NCBI RefSeq assembly: GCF_905212365.1
Contig: NZ_CAJMEH010000002.1
Location: forward strand, 6,683 to 70,682
DNA from: an uncultured Phascolarctobacterium sp.
GTDB lineage: Bacteria > Bacillota > Negativicutes > Acidaminococcales > Acidaminococcaceae
Reading direction: 5' to 3'
Length of the DNA: 64,000 nucleotides
The notes beneath the pieces were generated by a model, which ran no database searches, was not told the DNA's origin, and saw only the letters and a list, made by a program, of their open reading frames with translations. The position numbers and the translations under genes are program-made. Shown here in pieces: positions 26,414 to 37,114 of this stretch; within the stretch, counting starts at the first letter, position 1; every line of letters begins with the position of its first letter.

Positions 26414-28944
26414 TATTTATCAAGCTCCTTTTTAATGGCATTATTAATATATTCTTTGAACTTATCCATACCCTCGGTAATGCAGATATCCATGTTCAGG
26501 ATATACAGCGGTATTTCGCGGGTTGAATAAATAAATTCGGTAGGAATCTTAACGGCGTCCTTCGCCGTAGCAATCATGGCCACAGCTTTCAAGCTGCTGG
26601 CGCGTTCGTTAATGTACTGCATTTCCAGCATACCGTAATCGTGGTGGTCGGGATAACGCACCGACTCCAAAATATTCAGGCCGATGCTGGACAGCGTTTG
26701 TTCAAAGGAGGACGGATTGCCGATAGCGGAAAAGACCATAACATCCTTGCCGCGCAGCTCGTCCAAATCCTTAATATTTTCGGAAATGCCCTTATACCAA
26801 TCGGCGATTTCCACAAAGTTTTTCGGATGATGCACGCTCTCTACTACCGGAGCCTCGGCGTTGTACTTGGCGATAATATTGCGCAGCTGTATGCGGCTCA
26901 GCTTGCTGCTCTGGTCCGTCTTAGTCAGCAGGAACAGGTCGCCGCGAGCTAAGTTTTGCAAAGGCTCACGCAAGGTGCCGCGCGGCAGTACGCAGCCGTT
27001 ACCGAACATATTCAAAGTGTCCACTAATACCATATCAAGATTGCGCTCCAGCTGCCAATGCTGATAGCCGTCGTCCATGATGATAACCTCGGCCTTCAGC
27101 TTATTCACGGCGTAACGGCCGGTAACGGCGCGGTTTTTACCGATAATAACCGGAATACCCGGCAATGTTTTCGCCATCAGGTAGGCCTCGTCGCCTGCCT
27201 CATAAGCCGTCATAAATATTTTATTGCCGTCGGATACGACGCCCAGCTCCTTGCCCCAGTGAGAACGATAGCCACGGTTCAGGATAACAACGCGGTAGCC
27301 CATGTCCTTAATAAGCGCCGCAACCTTCTGCGCCGTGGGGGTTTTGCCCGTACCGCCGACAGTAATATTACCAATGGAAATTACGCAGCAGTTCAGCTTT
27401 TCCCTCTTTAATAAGCCGGATTCATACATATTCAGCTTACAGCACACGCCGAATTCATACAAATAAGACATGCCCCGCAGCACGGCCAGCAGCAGCCAGC
27501 CCATGAAAGGCGTTTCCGGCCCGTAAGCAATCTGATAAATATATTGGATTACCGCATCGCCGTGACGCAGCCGCGCGCCGCCCTCGTCCGTAAGATTGCG
27601 GGTATTGACAGGATAAACGGCGTATTCCCGCGCCGGCACGGCCGTCAGGTCCAGCAGCTCCTTTAAGTAGCGGATGCTGCGCACATCAGCGCCGCGGTTT
27701 TCTTTGATGACCTGCAGGGAGGCCGCACCCATTTGCGCCCGGCGCTCGCCGTTCTGCAGAATATCCAGCATTTCGCTGGTCAACTCCGCCTGACTGTGCA
27801 CCATTTTGCAGGCCTTTACCTTGCTGAGCAAAGCGTAGGAATCCTTAAAGTTTTGCATACTGGGGCCTACCAAAATCGGCTTGGCATGAGCCGCAGGCTC
27901 CAGCACGTTATGACCGCCGGTGTTACTGAAGGAGCCGCCGACAAAGATCACATCGCCCACGGCATAAATGCGACCCAGCTCGCCGATAGTATCGATAAGC
28001 AGCAGCGGATATTCTGCTCGCTCGCCCTGCTGCTCCAGCATTTTAGAGCGATAGCCTGCTTCATAGCCGTAATGCGCCGCCAGCTTGGCAATTTCGTCGG
28101 CGCGAGCCGTTTTACGTGGGGCGATTACCAGACGGGCATGGGGATAGGTTTCACGCACAGCCTTAAAGGATTCCAGCAGAACCTTCTCCTCACCAGGGTG
28201 AGTAGAGCCTGCCACAATCACAGGATAATCCTCTTTCAGCCCCAACTCCAAACGATATTTTTCCAAATCCTCAGGAGTTACCTCCGCATAGGTCTGGTCA
28301 AATTTTGTATTGCCGGTAACGAAGATTTTTTTGCGGTCTGCGCCCAAATGCGCGATATAATCGGCGTCAATGCTGGACTGCATGCAGAAACGGCTGACAG
28401 TGTTCAGCATATCGTCCCAAATGCCGTAAAGATATCTGTAGTTTTTCACGGATTTTTCCGAAATACGTCCGTTGACCATCATTACAGGAATGTGACGCTC
28501 ACGGATAGCCCGCAGGAAATTAGGCCACAGCTCCGTTTCTACCGGCATAAATACACCGGGATGAATACGCTTCACCAAGGATTCGGCCACAAAGGGCAAA
28601 TCCAAGGGGAAGTAAATAATAGCGTCCGCTTCGGGAATGATTTGCTTAGCCATATTATAGCCGCCCACAGTAAAAGCGGATACTAAAACCGGCCTGTCCG
28701 GCATTTCCTTGCGTATTTGCTTAACCAAGGGGCTGGTAGCGACAATTTCTCCTACGGACGCGCCGTGAATCCACACGCAGTCCTTGCGCATTACCTTGGC
28801 TATCTCCTCGCTATTGATGCGGCCAAAGACCTGCTGCTTGAAGCGCAGCGCAAAGCCCTTTTCCGTAAACAGGCGATAGGTATAGTAAGGTATTACAAAA
28901 ATTACCAGCACTATTAAAATAAGAATATTATACAGAAGATACAT
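26413..28944 (-). CDS. waaA-lpxK: bifunctional fusion: N-terminal Kdo transferase WaaA (KdtA) fused to C-terminal tetraacyldisaccharide 4'-kinase LpxK
   Basis: 843 aa. Residues 1 to about 430 contain CVWIHGASVGEI... (WaaA). Residues about 500 to 843 contain ISIGNITVGGTGKTP (the LpxK P-loop). One continuous ORF. Confidence 0.85.
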   Translation of the reverse strand: MYLLYNILILIVLVIFVIPYYTYRLFTEKGFALRFKQQVFGRINSEEIAKVMRKDCVWIHGASVGEIVATSPLVKQIRKEMPDRPVLVSAFTVGGYNMAKQIIPEADAIIYFPLDLPFVAESLVKRIHPGVFMPVETELWPNFLRAIRERHIPVMMVNGRISEKSVKNYRYLYGIWDDMLNTVSRFCMQSSIDADYIAHLGADRKKIFVTGNTKFDQTYAEVTPEDLEKYRLELGLKEDYPVIVAGSTHPGEEKVLLESFKAVRETYPHARLVIAPRKTARADEIAKLAAHYGYEAGYRSKMLEQQGERAEYPLLLIDTIGELGRIYAVGDVIFVGGSFSNTGGHNVLEPAAHAKPILVGPSMQNFKDSYALLSKVKACKMVHSQAELTSEMLDILQNGERRAQMGAASLQVIKENRGADVRSIRYLKELLDLTAVPAREYAVYPVNTRNLTDEGGARLRHGDAVIQYIYQIAYGPETPFMGWLLLAVLRGMSYLYEFGVCCKLNMYESGLLKREKLNCCVISIGNITVGGTGKTPTAQKVAALIKDMGYRVVILNRGYRSHWGKELGVVSDGNKIFMTAYEAGDEAYLMAKTLPGIPVIIGKNRAVTGRYAVNKLKAEVIIMDDGYQHWQLERNLDMVLVDTLNMFGNGCVLPRGTLREPLQNLARGDLFLLTKTDQSSKLSRIQLRNIIAKYNAEAPVVESVHHPKNFVEIADWYKGISENIKDLDELRGKDVMVFSAIGNPSSFEQTLSSIGLNILESVRYPDHHDYGMLEMQYINERASSLKAVAMIATAKDAVKIPTEFIYSTREIPLYILNMDICITEGMDKFKEYINNAIKKELDK

Positions 28945-28963
28945 GTACTAACCTCTTTTCGCC

Positions 28964-30697
28964 TTAATCGGCTTCTTTGCTGCGATACTGGATTTTATAA
29001 AGATGGGCGTACAAGCCGTCCTTAGCCATGAGCTCGTCGTGCGTGCCCACTTCCGCCAGGCAGCCTTTTTCCAAAACCATAATTTTATCGGCGTTCTTTA
29101 TCGTGGACAAACGATGAGCGATAACGAAGGATGTCCTACCCACCATCAGCCTGTCCAGCGCCTCCTGCACTACGCGCTCGCTTTCCGTATCCAAGGCGGA
29201 GGTTGCTTCGTCCAAAATAAGGATTTGCGGGTTTTTCAAAATAGCCCGCGCGATGGAAATACGCTGGCGCTGCCCGCCGGAAATATTGACGCCGCGGTCG
29301 CCCAGCATAGTTTCATACCCGTCCGGCAATTCCATAATAAAATTATGAGCGTTAGCCGCCTTGGCCGCAGCCTCAATTTCTTCCTTAGTAGCGTCCAGGC
29401 GTCCGTATAAAATATTATCGTACACACTGCCGTTAAACAGCACCGTTTCCTGCGGCACAATGCCTACCTGCTCGCGCAGGGAACTGAGCGTCACACTGCG
29501 GATATCGTGCCCGTCTATAGTAATACTGCCTTCCGTTACATCGTAAAAACGCGGCAGCAGGCTGGCAACCGTAGACTTGCCTGCGCCCGAAGGACCGACA
29601 AACGCAATCATTTCGCCCGGCTTTACGTCAAAGCTGACATGTTTCAATACTACCTCGCCGGGATTATAAGCGAAGGTAACATCGTTAAAGCTTACGTTAC
29701 CCTTTACCATGGGCAGCGCCTTAGCGTCCGGCGCGTTTTTAATAGTTTCCGGCAAATCCAGCACGTCAAAAACGCGCTGCGCTGCGGCCAGCGCTTTTTG
29801 GATATTGCCGATAACGCGGCTCAAGCGCTTAATCGGATTGGAAATATTAACAGCGTAAGTCAAAAAGGCAACTAGGCTGCCTGCCGTAATCTTGCCGTCA
29901 ATAACGCTGTTGCCGCCGTACCACAAAATAATGGTTACGCCTACAGCCGCCACAAACTCGATGGTCGGCGTCAGCGTGGCCGACAACTGCGCATATTTCA
30001 TATTAGCGCGGAAGTTATTGAGGTTTTCGCGTTCAAAACGCCCCACTTCGTAACTTTCACGAACAAAGGACTTAATAACTCTGGCCGAAGAAACCGTTTC
30101 CTGCAGGACTGACGTAATATCCGCCGTGGCCTCCTGGATGCGGCTGCCCGATTTACGTATCCTTTTACCAAACCAATCGATAAACAGCAGCACGACAGGA
30201 AAGGTACTGAAGGTAACTAAAAACAAGCGCCAGTCCAGATAAACCATCATCACGATGGACGCAATAAGAATAACGCTTTCCGTTACCATTTCCACCACGT
30301 TTTCCACCATAGCGGACTGTAAAGCGCTAACGTCGTTGGTTACATAGCTCATAATGGTACCGGTTTTGTTTTTATCGTAAAAGGTCAGGCTCAAGCGCTG
30401 TAATTTTTCAAAAACAGCTTTACGGATATCGATAATCACACGCTGGCCTACGTAGTTCATCAAATAGCTTTGCCCATAATAGGCGAAGCCGCGGATAACA
30501 AAGACCACGATAATGCTGACCACGATATAATTGAGCATCTCGGTGTTTTTTTCCTTAAGCACCTGGTCGACCATATCTTTAATAATCCATGGCAAATATG
30601 CCGTGCCGCCCGCCGCGATAGCGGTGCAGACAGCGGCGCACAAGCCGCGGAATATATAGGGGCGTATATATTGCAATGCGCGAAAATATAAATTCAT
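28964..30697 (-). CDS. msbA: lipid A export ABC transporter MsbA (fused permease and ATPase)
   Basis: 6-TM N-terminal domain, Walker A GPSGAGKST, signature ISGGQRQR, Walker B ILILDEATSALD. Confidence 0.85.
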   Translation of the reverse strand: MNLYFRALQYIRPYIFRGLCAAVCTAIAAGGTAYLPWIIKDMVDQVLKEKNTEMLNYIVVSIIVVFVIRGFAYYGQSYLMNYVGQRVIIDIRKAVFEKLQRLSLTFYDKNKTGTIMSYVTNDVSALQSAMVENVVEMVTESVILIASIVMMVYLDWRLFLVTFSTFPVVLLFIDWFGKRIRKSGSRIQEATADITSVLQETVSSARVIKSFVRESYEVGRFERENLNNFRANMKYAQLSATLTPTIEFVAAVGVTIILWYGGNSVIDGKITAGSLVAFLTYAVNISNPIKRLSRVIGNIQKALAAAQRVFDVLDLPETIKNAPDAKALPMVKGNVSFNDVTFAYNPGEVVLKHVSFDVKPGEMIAFVGPSGAGKSTVASLLPRFYDVTEGSITIDGHDIRSVTLSSLREQVGIVPQETVLFNGSVYDNILYGRLDATKEEIEAAAKAANAHNFIMELPDGYETMLGDRGVNISGGQRQRISIARAILKNPQILILDEATSALDTESERVVQEALDRLMVGRTSFVIAHRLSTIKNADKIMVLEKGCLAEVGTHDELMAKDGLYAHLYKIQYRSKEAD

Positions 30698-31830
30698 TTC
30701 TTCTCCTCAGCTATTCTTAAAATTAGTTGGGCTACGCGTCCTACAGCGCCGGGCTCGCCTAAGCGCCGCTTCATATAGGCTAAATCAGCGTCCAGCTGCG
30801 GTCGGCGTCCCGGCGCCAGCAGCTCTGCTGCCGCTGCCGCCAGCTTAGCGGGCGTAAAATCATCCTGCAGCAGCTCCGGCAGAATCTGCCTGCCTGCCAC
30901 AATATTGGGCAAACCGATATTGGGTATGTTGATGACCAAACGGGCGATAAACGCGTTCAGCGCCGAAGTGCGGTAGACAATAACGCTGGGCAGGCCGCAC
31001 AAGGCCGCCTCCAAGGTAACGGTACCGCTGGTTGCCAGCGCCAAATCGGCAACGCTGAATAAATCGTAGTTATGCCCTTCCGTTATTTTAACCTCCAAAC
31101 CGGATTCCTTAATCTTACTCTGCAGCAGCTCCAAAGGAATTGTTCCGGCCCGCGGCATAGCAAACTGTACCTCCGGCATTTGCTTCTGCAAAATCCTAGC
31201 TCCTGCCAGCAGCGTAGGCAGCATTTTTTCAATCTCCATCAGCCTGCTGCCCGGCATGAGCAGCACCAACCTTTTGCCCGGCTCCTTCCCGGCCCAGGCC
31301 GCCGCTTCCTCCCGCGTCATAGCAGGCTGCACTATATCCAGCAGCGGATGCCCGACAAATTCCACGGGCGCTCCGGCTTCTTTATATACGTCGTATTCAA
31401 AGGGAAAAATACAAGCCACCTTATCCACGAGCTTAGCTACGTTCTTGGCGCGGCCCTTATTCCAGGCCCAGGCCGAGGGCGCGATATAAGATACTACCGG
31501 TATGCCCTTATCGTGGGCCAGCTTCGCCAGCTTCATATTAAAGCCGGGGTAATCGACTATCACAAGACAATCTGGCTTGCACTCGTCCATAACCCTGCCG
31601 AAGTCGCTGCGCAGCTTGAACAAATCCGGCAGCTTGCGGATAACCTCCACAAAGCCCATGACGCCGTGGTCCTTAATGTCGAACAGCACCTCGCCGCCCG
31701 CTGCACGCAAAGCGTCGCCGCCCATGCCAAAGATCTGCGCTTCGCTGTCTATACTTTTTATGGCAGCGGTAACTGCCGCTGCATGAATATCGCCGGAGGC
31801 TTCACCGGCGGATATGAGAATTTTCGCCAT
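30694..31830 (-). CDS. lpxB: lipid-A-disaccharide synthase LpxB
   Basis: MAKILISAGEASGDIHAA...GMGG is the canonical LpxB N-terminus. Confidence 0.9.
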   Translation of the reverse strand: MAKILISAGEASGDIHAAAVTAAIKSIDSEAQIFGMGGDALRAAGGEVLFDIKDHGVMGFVEVIRKLPDLFKLRSDFGRVMDECKPDCLVIVDYPGFNMKLAKLAHDKGIPVVSYIAPSAWAWNKGRAKNVAKLVDKVACIFPFEYDVYKEAGAPVEFVGHPLLDIVQPAMTREEAAAWAGKEPGKRLVLLMPGSRLMEIEKMLPTLLAGARILQKQMPEVQFAMPRAGTIPLELLQSKIKESGLEVKITEGHNYDLFSVADLALATSGTVTLEAALCGLPSVIVYRTSALNAFIARLVINIPNIGLPNIVAGRQILPELLQDDFTPAKLAAAAAELLAPGRRPQLDADLAYMKRRLGEPGAVGRVAQLILRIAEEKK

Positions 31831-31934
31831 AATAACTCCTCGTTACAACCTACACATATTCAGTATATATTATAACACAAAAAGCGGCTGACATAAGCTG
31901 CCAACCGCTAAGAAATGCGAAATTTTTACGATAT

Positions 31935-32747
31935 TTATTTAACCAGAATAGTAATATTGTGCTTATCAGCCAAAGAAATGACCTTTTCACGCTCCACAAC
32001 CAGAGTATTGCCGGCTTCAATGACAATGCCGGTAGCTCCCGCGTAAATCATGGACTCCATGGTTTTGGTGCCGAATCCGGGAATATCGAAGCGCTGATCC
32101 TGGGACGGCTTAGCAGCCTTAGCCACAATAACGCCGCCCTTGCCTAAATAGCCGCCGCGCAGAATGCAGGCATCCGTGCCTTCGATAGCCTCCACCGCCA
32201 TCACTGCGCGGTTTTTAACCACCACAGTCTGACCAATGTCCAGCCCGCCGATAGCCTTTGCCATTTCAAAGCCGAATTCCATATCGGCCAGCTCTGCCTC
32301 CGTAGGCTTGCGCTTAGTCAGCACGCCGGGCTGCGGCAGCAGCGGCTTGATCAGCACTGTCTGATCCATAACCTCGATGCCCTCGCCCTCCAGCTCCTTA
32401 ACGATAGCGTTCATAATAGTATCGTCCTTGCGGTCGGGCACGCTGGCTAAAATTTTAATAGCCCGCAGATCGGGAACGATAGCGCCTGCCTTATACAGAA
32501 CCTCCTTCGTCACCTTGCCGATCATGGTCACGCGGGTAACTTTATGCTTTTTCAGCGTGGAAATAATTTTACCTATTTTACCGATATTGATATCGTAATA
32601 AAAGTCAACGCTATCCGCCAGCTCCTCGTCGATGCCGGGAACCACGCCTACGGCTACAACCTCATAGCCCAGGCTCTTGGCAGACCGCGCCACCTCCACC
32701 GGCAGATGCCCAATGCCGGAAAGTACGCCTAAAACTTCCATGACCAT
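31935..32747 (-). CDS. lpxI: UDP-2,3-diacylglucosamine hydrolase LpxI (DUF1009)
   Basis: 270 aa located between lpxA and lpxB. Has the pattern EVLGVLSGIG...VTRVTMIGKV...DDT typical of LpxI-type hydrolases that replace LpxH. Confidence 0.65.
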   Translation of the reverse strand: MVMEVLGVLSGIGHLPVEVARSAKSLGYEVVAVGVVPGIDEELADSVDFYYDINIGKIGKIISTLKKHKVTRVTMIGKVTKEVLYKAGAIVPDLRAIKILASVPDRKDDTIMNAIVKELEGEGIEVMDQTVLIKPLLPQPGVLTKRKPTEAELADMEFGFEMAKAIGGLDIGQTVVVKNRAVMAVEAIEGTDACILRGGYLGKGGVIVAKAAKPSQDQRFDIPGFGTKTMESMIYAGATGIVIEAGNTLVVEREKVISLADKHNITILVK

Positions 32748-33580
32748 CAGCCCTTGCGGGTGCGGATAATACCGCGCTCCACAGTGCGCAGGAAGCGCAT
32801 CAAATGCTCTATCGGCTCGCAGCTGTTAAGCTCCGCTTCCATGGTAGCAATAGCCTCCTGCAAGGGCAGGCCGCTGCGGTACAGAATGCGGAAAGCCTTT
32901 TTCAGCTCGCTGCGTTCCTCCTGCGGCATACCTGCGCGGGCCAGACCCACGCTGTTCAAACCGGAAACAAAGGCCGGGTCGCCGGCTACAATCATAAACG
33001 GCGGAATATCCTGGGAGGCGCGAGCCATGCCGCCTACCATAGCGTTGCGGCCGATTTTGCAGAACTGGTGCACAGCCGCCAAACCGCCGATAACGGCGCG
33101 ATCCTCCACAATAACGTGGCCTGCCAGCGTAGCTACGTTGGACATAATTACGTTATTGCCAACGATGCAGTTATGAGCCACATGAGTATAAGCCATCATC
33201 AGAATATTATTGCCGATGCGCGTTTCGTTGCCTTCGCCGCAGGCTCTGTTGACGGTACAGCATTCACGGAAGGTACCGCCGTCGCCAATAATCGTCCGCG
33301 TTTGCTCGCCGACAAATTTCAAATCCTGCGGTACGGCGCCAATCGAGCAGCCGGGGAAAAATCTGTTGTTTTTACCCACGGTAGTATATTTATGAATCGT
33401 AACATGAGCGCCAATCACACATCCGTCGCCAATAACGGTATCCTCATCTATAACGGCATAAGGTCCTACCTTTACGTCCTTCCCAATAACTGCATTCGGA
33501 TGGATAATTGCTGTTTCATGGATTCCGCTCTCAGGCATTATTATCGAACTCATTATCTTCACTCCCAAAAAATTAATCAA
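32747..33580 (-). CDS. lpxA: acyl-ACP--UDP-GlcNAc O-acyltransferase LpxA
   Basis: Hexapeptide repeats IHPNAVIGKDVKVGPYAVI... and a C-terminal helical domain. The true start is probably an internal Met (MSSIIMPESG). Confidence 0.95.
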   Translation of the reverse strand: MINFLGVKIMSSIIMPESGIHETAIIHPNAVIGKDVKVGPYAVIDEDTVIGDGCVIGAHVTIHKYTTVGKNNRFFPGCSIGAVPQDLKFVGEQTRTIIGDGGTFRECCTVNRACGEGNETRIGNNILMMAYTHVAHNCIVGNNVIMSNVATLAGHVIVEDRAVIGGLAAVHQFCKIGRNAMVGGMARASQDIPPFMIVAGDPAFVSGLNSVGLARAGMPQEERSELKKAFRILYRSGLPLQEAIATMEAELNSCEPIEHLMRFLRTVERGIIRTRKG

Positions 33581-33729
33581 ACAATTAAATTCAAATATAA
33601 TACTATAATCACAGCCGACAAACTTTTTTCACAGGGTAAAAACAGCATTTATCCTTAATTTAATCTGAAATAAGCCGTCTAGCTCGTTTATACTACTTAT
33701 TTCTGCTTGTTTGATAATTTTCTCGCGTT

Positions 33730-34173
33730 TTAATTTTTCGGGTCCATGATAGCAAAAGTGCAGTCGCATTCGCAGGCCACCTTGCCGTCCACCTTACCCT
33801 CGCAATGGATAATGCCCATATTCCCGCGCATAATCTTCGTTACCTCGGCGGTAGTTACAACCTGATCGCCGGGCACTACCTGCTTGCGGAAGCGCACATT
33901 ATCAATTTTAGCAAAAACGGCGATTTTGCCGCGGTTTTCTTCGGGATACAGCATAGCTACGCCGCCAACCTGCGCCATAGCTTCAATCAGCAATACGCCG
34001 GGCATAATGGGCTCATTGGGGAAATGACCTAAAAACTGCATTTCGTTAGCCGTAATATTTTTGATACCTACAGCGCGTTTCATCGGCTCTATCTCCAAAA
34101 TACGGTCCACCAGCAGCATAGGATAACGATGGGGCAGAATCTTTTTTATTTCGTTAATATCCAGAACGGTCAT
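33730..34173 (-). CDS. fabZ: 3-hydroxyacyl-ACP dehydratase FabZ
   Basis: [16 protein letters not shown]...HFP is the FabZ hot-dog signature. Confidence 0.95.
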   Translation of the reverse strand: MTVLDINEIKKILPHRYPMLLVDRILEIEPMKRAVGIKNITANEMQFLGHFPNEPIMPGVLLIEAMAQVGGVAMLYPEENRGKIAVFAKIDNVRFRKQVVPGDQVVTTAEVTKIMRGNMGIIHCEGKVDGKVACECDCTFAIMDPKN

Positions 34174-34176
34174 GAT

Positions 34177-35046
34177 TTACTCCTCCTTTGTTCTATAAGC
34201 CTGAATCTGCTTAGCGATTTGCGAATTAAAGGCGTGCCCAGTTTTTACGGCGATAACATGCGCCTTAATGGGGCCTAAAAGATACAGGTCGCCAATCACA
34301 TCAAGGATTTTATGACGAATCAGCTCGTCCTCAAAACGCGGCACGGAAAGAATCTTATTCTCGTCAAAAACAACCACATTTTCCAAGGAACCACCCAGGC
34401 CCAAGCCCATTTTGCGCAGCATTTCCAGCTCATGGGTAAAGGCCACTGTGCGGGCAGGCATAATTTCCTTTTTATAGCTTTCCTTATCCAAAAGAATATC
34501 AAAATACTGGGTGCCCAGCATAGGATGCTTATTAATAGAGGTAAAGGAAATTCTGTAGCCGTCATAGGGCAGCACGGCGATGTAACGGTCCCCGTCGTAT
34601 ACTGTAAACGCTTTATCTACGGCATAAACCTCGCGCTCCGCCTCCTGCTCCTGCAGGCCGGCCTTCTCCAGCAGCTCGCAGAAAACCTTGGCGCTGCCGT
34701 CCGTTACCGGCGGTTCAGGGGAAGACATTTCAATATAAATATTATCGATAGCCATCATGGCTAAGGCGCTCATCAAATGCTCGACCGTAAAAACCTCGGC
34801 GCCGTTAGCGCTCAAAGTGGTAGCCTTCACCGTGGAGCTGACGTTTTCTGCAAGCGCTTTGATTTCCGGACGCCCCGGAAGGTCGGTGCGCACAAAAATA
34901 ATGCCTGCACCGGCGGCAGCCGGCTTAAAGGTCATCAGCACATCCTTGCCGGAATGAAGCCCGATTCCCGAATAGGAAACCTCTTTGGCGATGGTATGCT
35001 GCCTTGCTTTATTTTGCTCGGACATCTTCATCCTCCTTATTATCAT
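34177..35046 (-). CDS. lpxC: UDP-3-O-acyl-N-acetylglucosamine deacetylase LpxC
   Basis: QHTIAKEVSYSGIGLHSG...EHLMSAL...HELEM motifs. Confidence 0.95.
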   Translation of the reverse strand: MIIRRMKMSEQNKARQHTIAKEVSYSGIGLHSGKDVLMTFKPAAAGAGIIFVRTDLPGRPEIKALAENVSSTVKATTLSANGAEVFTVEHLMSALAMMAIDNIYIEMSSPEPPVTDGSAKVFCELLEKAGLQEQEAEREVYAVDKAFTVYDGDRYIAVLPYDGYRISFTSINKHPMLGTQYFDILLDKESYKKEIMPARTVAFTHELEMLRKMGLGLGGSLENVVVFDENKILSVPRFEDELIRHKILDVIGDLYLLGPIKAHVIAVKTGHAFNSQIAKQIQAYRTKEE

Positions 35047-35937
35047 TTATTTTTTCCTGCCAAATCGCTGCTTGCCGTCCTTCCAGCGATCATGCACCCA
35101 AAACCACATTTCCGGATGGGCTGTGATCTCCTGCTCTAAAACGTCCACCAGCTTTTTAGTAACATCGTAAAAATCCTGCTGCTTATCCTTAGTCCGCGGC
35201 GTGTACAGCGGCGGATAGATTTTAGCCGTGCAGGTACCGTCGTCGTTATTATGCAAAAAGATAGGCAAAATCGGCGAGCCGTAAATACGGGACAAAGCCG
35301 CAGCTCCCAAGGGTATAATGGAGCGCTTGCCGAACAGCTCGATTTCCACGCCGTCGTCGTTAGTATCCTGATCGTACAGCACGCCCAACAGATGCTTTTC
35401 CTTAAGCATTCTGCTGATAGCCAGCAAGCCGTGACCGCCGCGGTTATACGTTACCTTCTGTCCCACCATCTGGCGGAACTCGTTAATAGCCTTATCCATA
35501 TAGCTATTGTTCTGCTTGCGGGTAATGGACAGCATGGGATAGCCGTGCAGCGCTACCGTAGCGCCCAAAAGCTCCCAGTTGCCGTAATGGCCCGTACACA
35601 TAATAACGCCCTTATCCTCGGCGTAGGCCCGTTCCAGATATTCCAGCCCTTCAACCTGCACCAGCTCATGAATATTGTCTTTATTGAGCAATGGAAAACG
35701 CAGCACCTCGACCACCATACGCCCAAAACGATGCAGGCTGTCCTCGGCTATCTGCCGCGCTCTTTTAGCGTCCACGCCCAAGCATTCCTGCACGTTGGCA
35801 GCCGCCATCTGCAAACGCCAGCAGGGCACCACCAAAACGGCCACCCTGCCCAGAAAGGCTGCGAATAAATTCCGCAGGCAGGCAGGCAGAATACACATCA
35901 ATTTGCTGAAAAATTTTACAGTATAATAACCAAACAC
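35047..35937 (-). CDS. second LpxL-family lipid A late acyltransferase
   Basis: Same domain layout as 22343..23299 (CTGHYGNWELLG is the HX4D-like region). Confidence 0.7.
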   Translation of the reverse strand: MFGYYTVKFFSKLMCILPACLRNLFAAFLGRVAVLVVPCWRLQMAAANVQECLGVDAKRARQIAEDSLHRFGRMVVEVLRFPLLNKDNIHELVQVEGLEYLERAYAEDKGVIMCTGHYGNWELLGATVALHGYPMLSITRKQNNSYMDKAINEFRQMVGQKVTYNRGGHGLLAISRMLKEKHLLGVLYDQDTNDDGVEIELFGKRSIIPLGAAALSRIYGSPILPIFLHNNDDGTCTAKIYPPLYTPRTKDKQQDFYDVTKKLVDVLEQEITAHPEMWFWVHDRWKDGKQRFGRKK

Positions 35938-36002
35938 TTTACCTCACGCTCGGCGCGCACTGCTGCTATGCTCCTGGCACTTGCTTGCGCGCCGGCCATC
36001 GT

Positions 36003-37025
36003 TTATTTTTTCAATTGCGCCAATTCCTTTTCCAGAGCTTTAAGGCGCTTGAACATATCTCCCACCTTGCGCACATTGGCCTCCTGGCGCAGCCATTCCT
36101 TCATGGGCATGGCAGGGAAGCCTCCCATCACGGAATTATCGGGCACGTCGTTGGTAATGCCCGTTCTGCCGCCAAAGACGCAGTTATTGCCGATGGTAAT
36201 ATGTCCAACCGTACCGACCTGTCCGGCGAAGGTAACATTATTGCCCACGGTTACGCTGCCGGAAATGCCCACGTGAGCCACTACCAGGCAATTCTCGCCC
36301 AGAATATCGTTGTGCCCCAAGTGTACCAGATTATCGATTTTAGTGCCCTTGCCTACGATAGTGCTGTCCACCGTAGCCCGGTCAATACAGGTATTGCTGC
36401 CGATTTCCACATCGTCCTGCAAAATTACGTTACCGGTCTGCAGCACCTTGCTGTGCTTGCCGTTTTGGGTAATATAGCCAAAGCCGTCGCCGCCGATAAC
36501 GGCGCCGGACTGCAAAATTACGCGGTCGCCCAGCACGCAGTCCTCACGCACAGTGGTATTAGGATAAAGCGTACAATCCTTGCCCATTTTTACGCGCTTG
36601 CCCACATAGGCGTGAGGATAAAGCACACAGCCGTCGCCAATCTCAGCTCCGTCCTCTACGACGGCAAAGGGCTGCACAGCCACGTTGCTGCCGATCTTAG
36701 CCTTCGGAGAAACATAGGCCAAAGGGCTGATTACGCGCTCCACATCCTCCTGCGGGCGGAACAGTTCCAGCAGTGCGGCAAAAGCGGCGCGGGGATTTTC
36801 CACGCGAATAACAGGACGCCCGTCCAGTTCCGGGTCAGCAGGACTGAGCACCATAACGCCGGCCTTGCTTAAATGGCAATGCTCCACATGGGGCGGTACG
36901 GCAAAAGATATATCCTGCGGGCCGGCTTCTACCAAACCGTTTACGCCGGTAATCTTCAGCTCCGGATTATCATGCTCCACTGTGCCATGTAAAAATTTTG
37001 CTAATTCTTGTACACTCTTCTCCAT
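36003..37025 (-). CDS. lpxD: UDP-3-O-acylglucosamine N-acyltransferase LpxD
   Basis: N-terminal uridine-binding domain plus a long left-handed beta-helix of hexapeptide repeats. C-terminal helix. Confidence 0.9.
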   Translation of the reverse strand: MEKSVQELAKFLHGTVEHDNPELKITGVNGLVEAGPQDISFAVPPHVEHCHLSKAGVMVLSPADPELDGRPVIRVENPRAAFAALLELFRPQEDVERVISPLAYVSPKAKIGSNVAVQPFAVVEDGAEIGDGCVLYPHAYVGKRVKMGKDCTLYPNTTVREDCVLGDRVILQSGAVIGGDGFGYITQNGKHSKVLQTGNVILQDDVEIGSNTCIDRATVDSTIVGKGTKIDNLVHLGHNDILGENCLVVAHVGISGSVTVGNNVTFAGQVGTVGHITIGNNCVFGGRTGITNDVPDNSVMGGFPAMPMKEWLRQEANVRKVGDMFKRLKALEKELAQLKK

Positions 37026-37114
37026 TTCAAACCTCCATCAAATACATCGCGCCAGCAAAATATTTTACTGAACACGAAAAGCGGACGGGCCAACCCGCCC
37101 GCTCAGGGTGCGCT

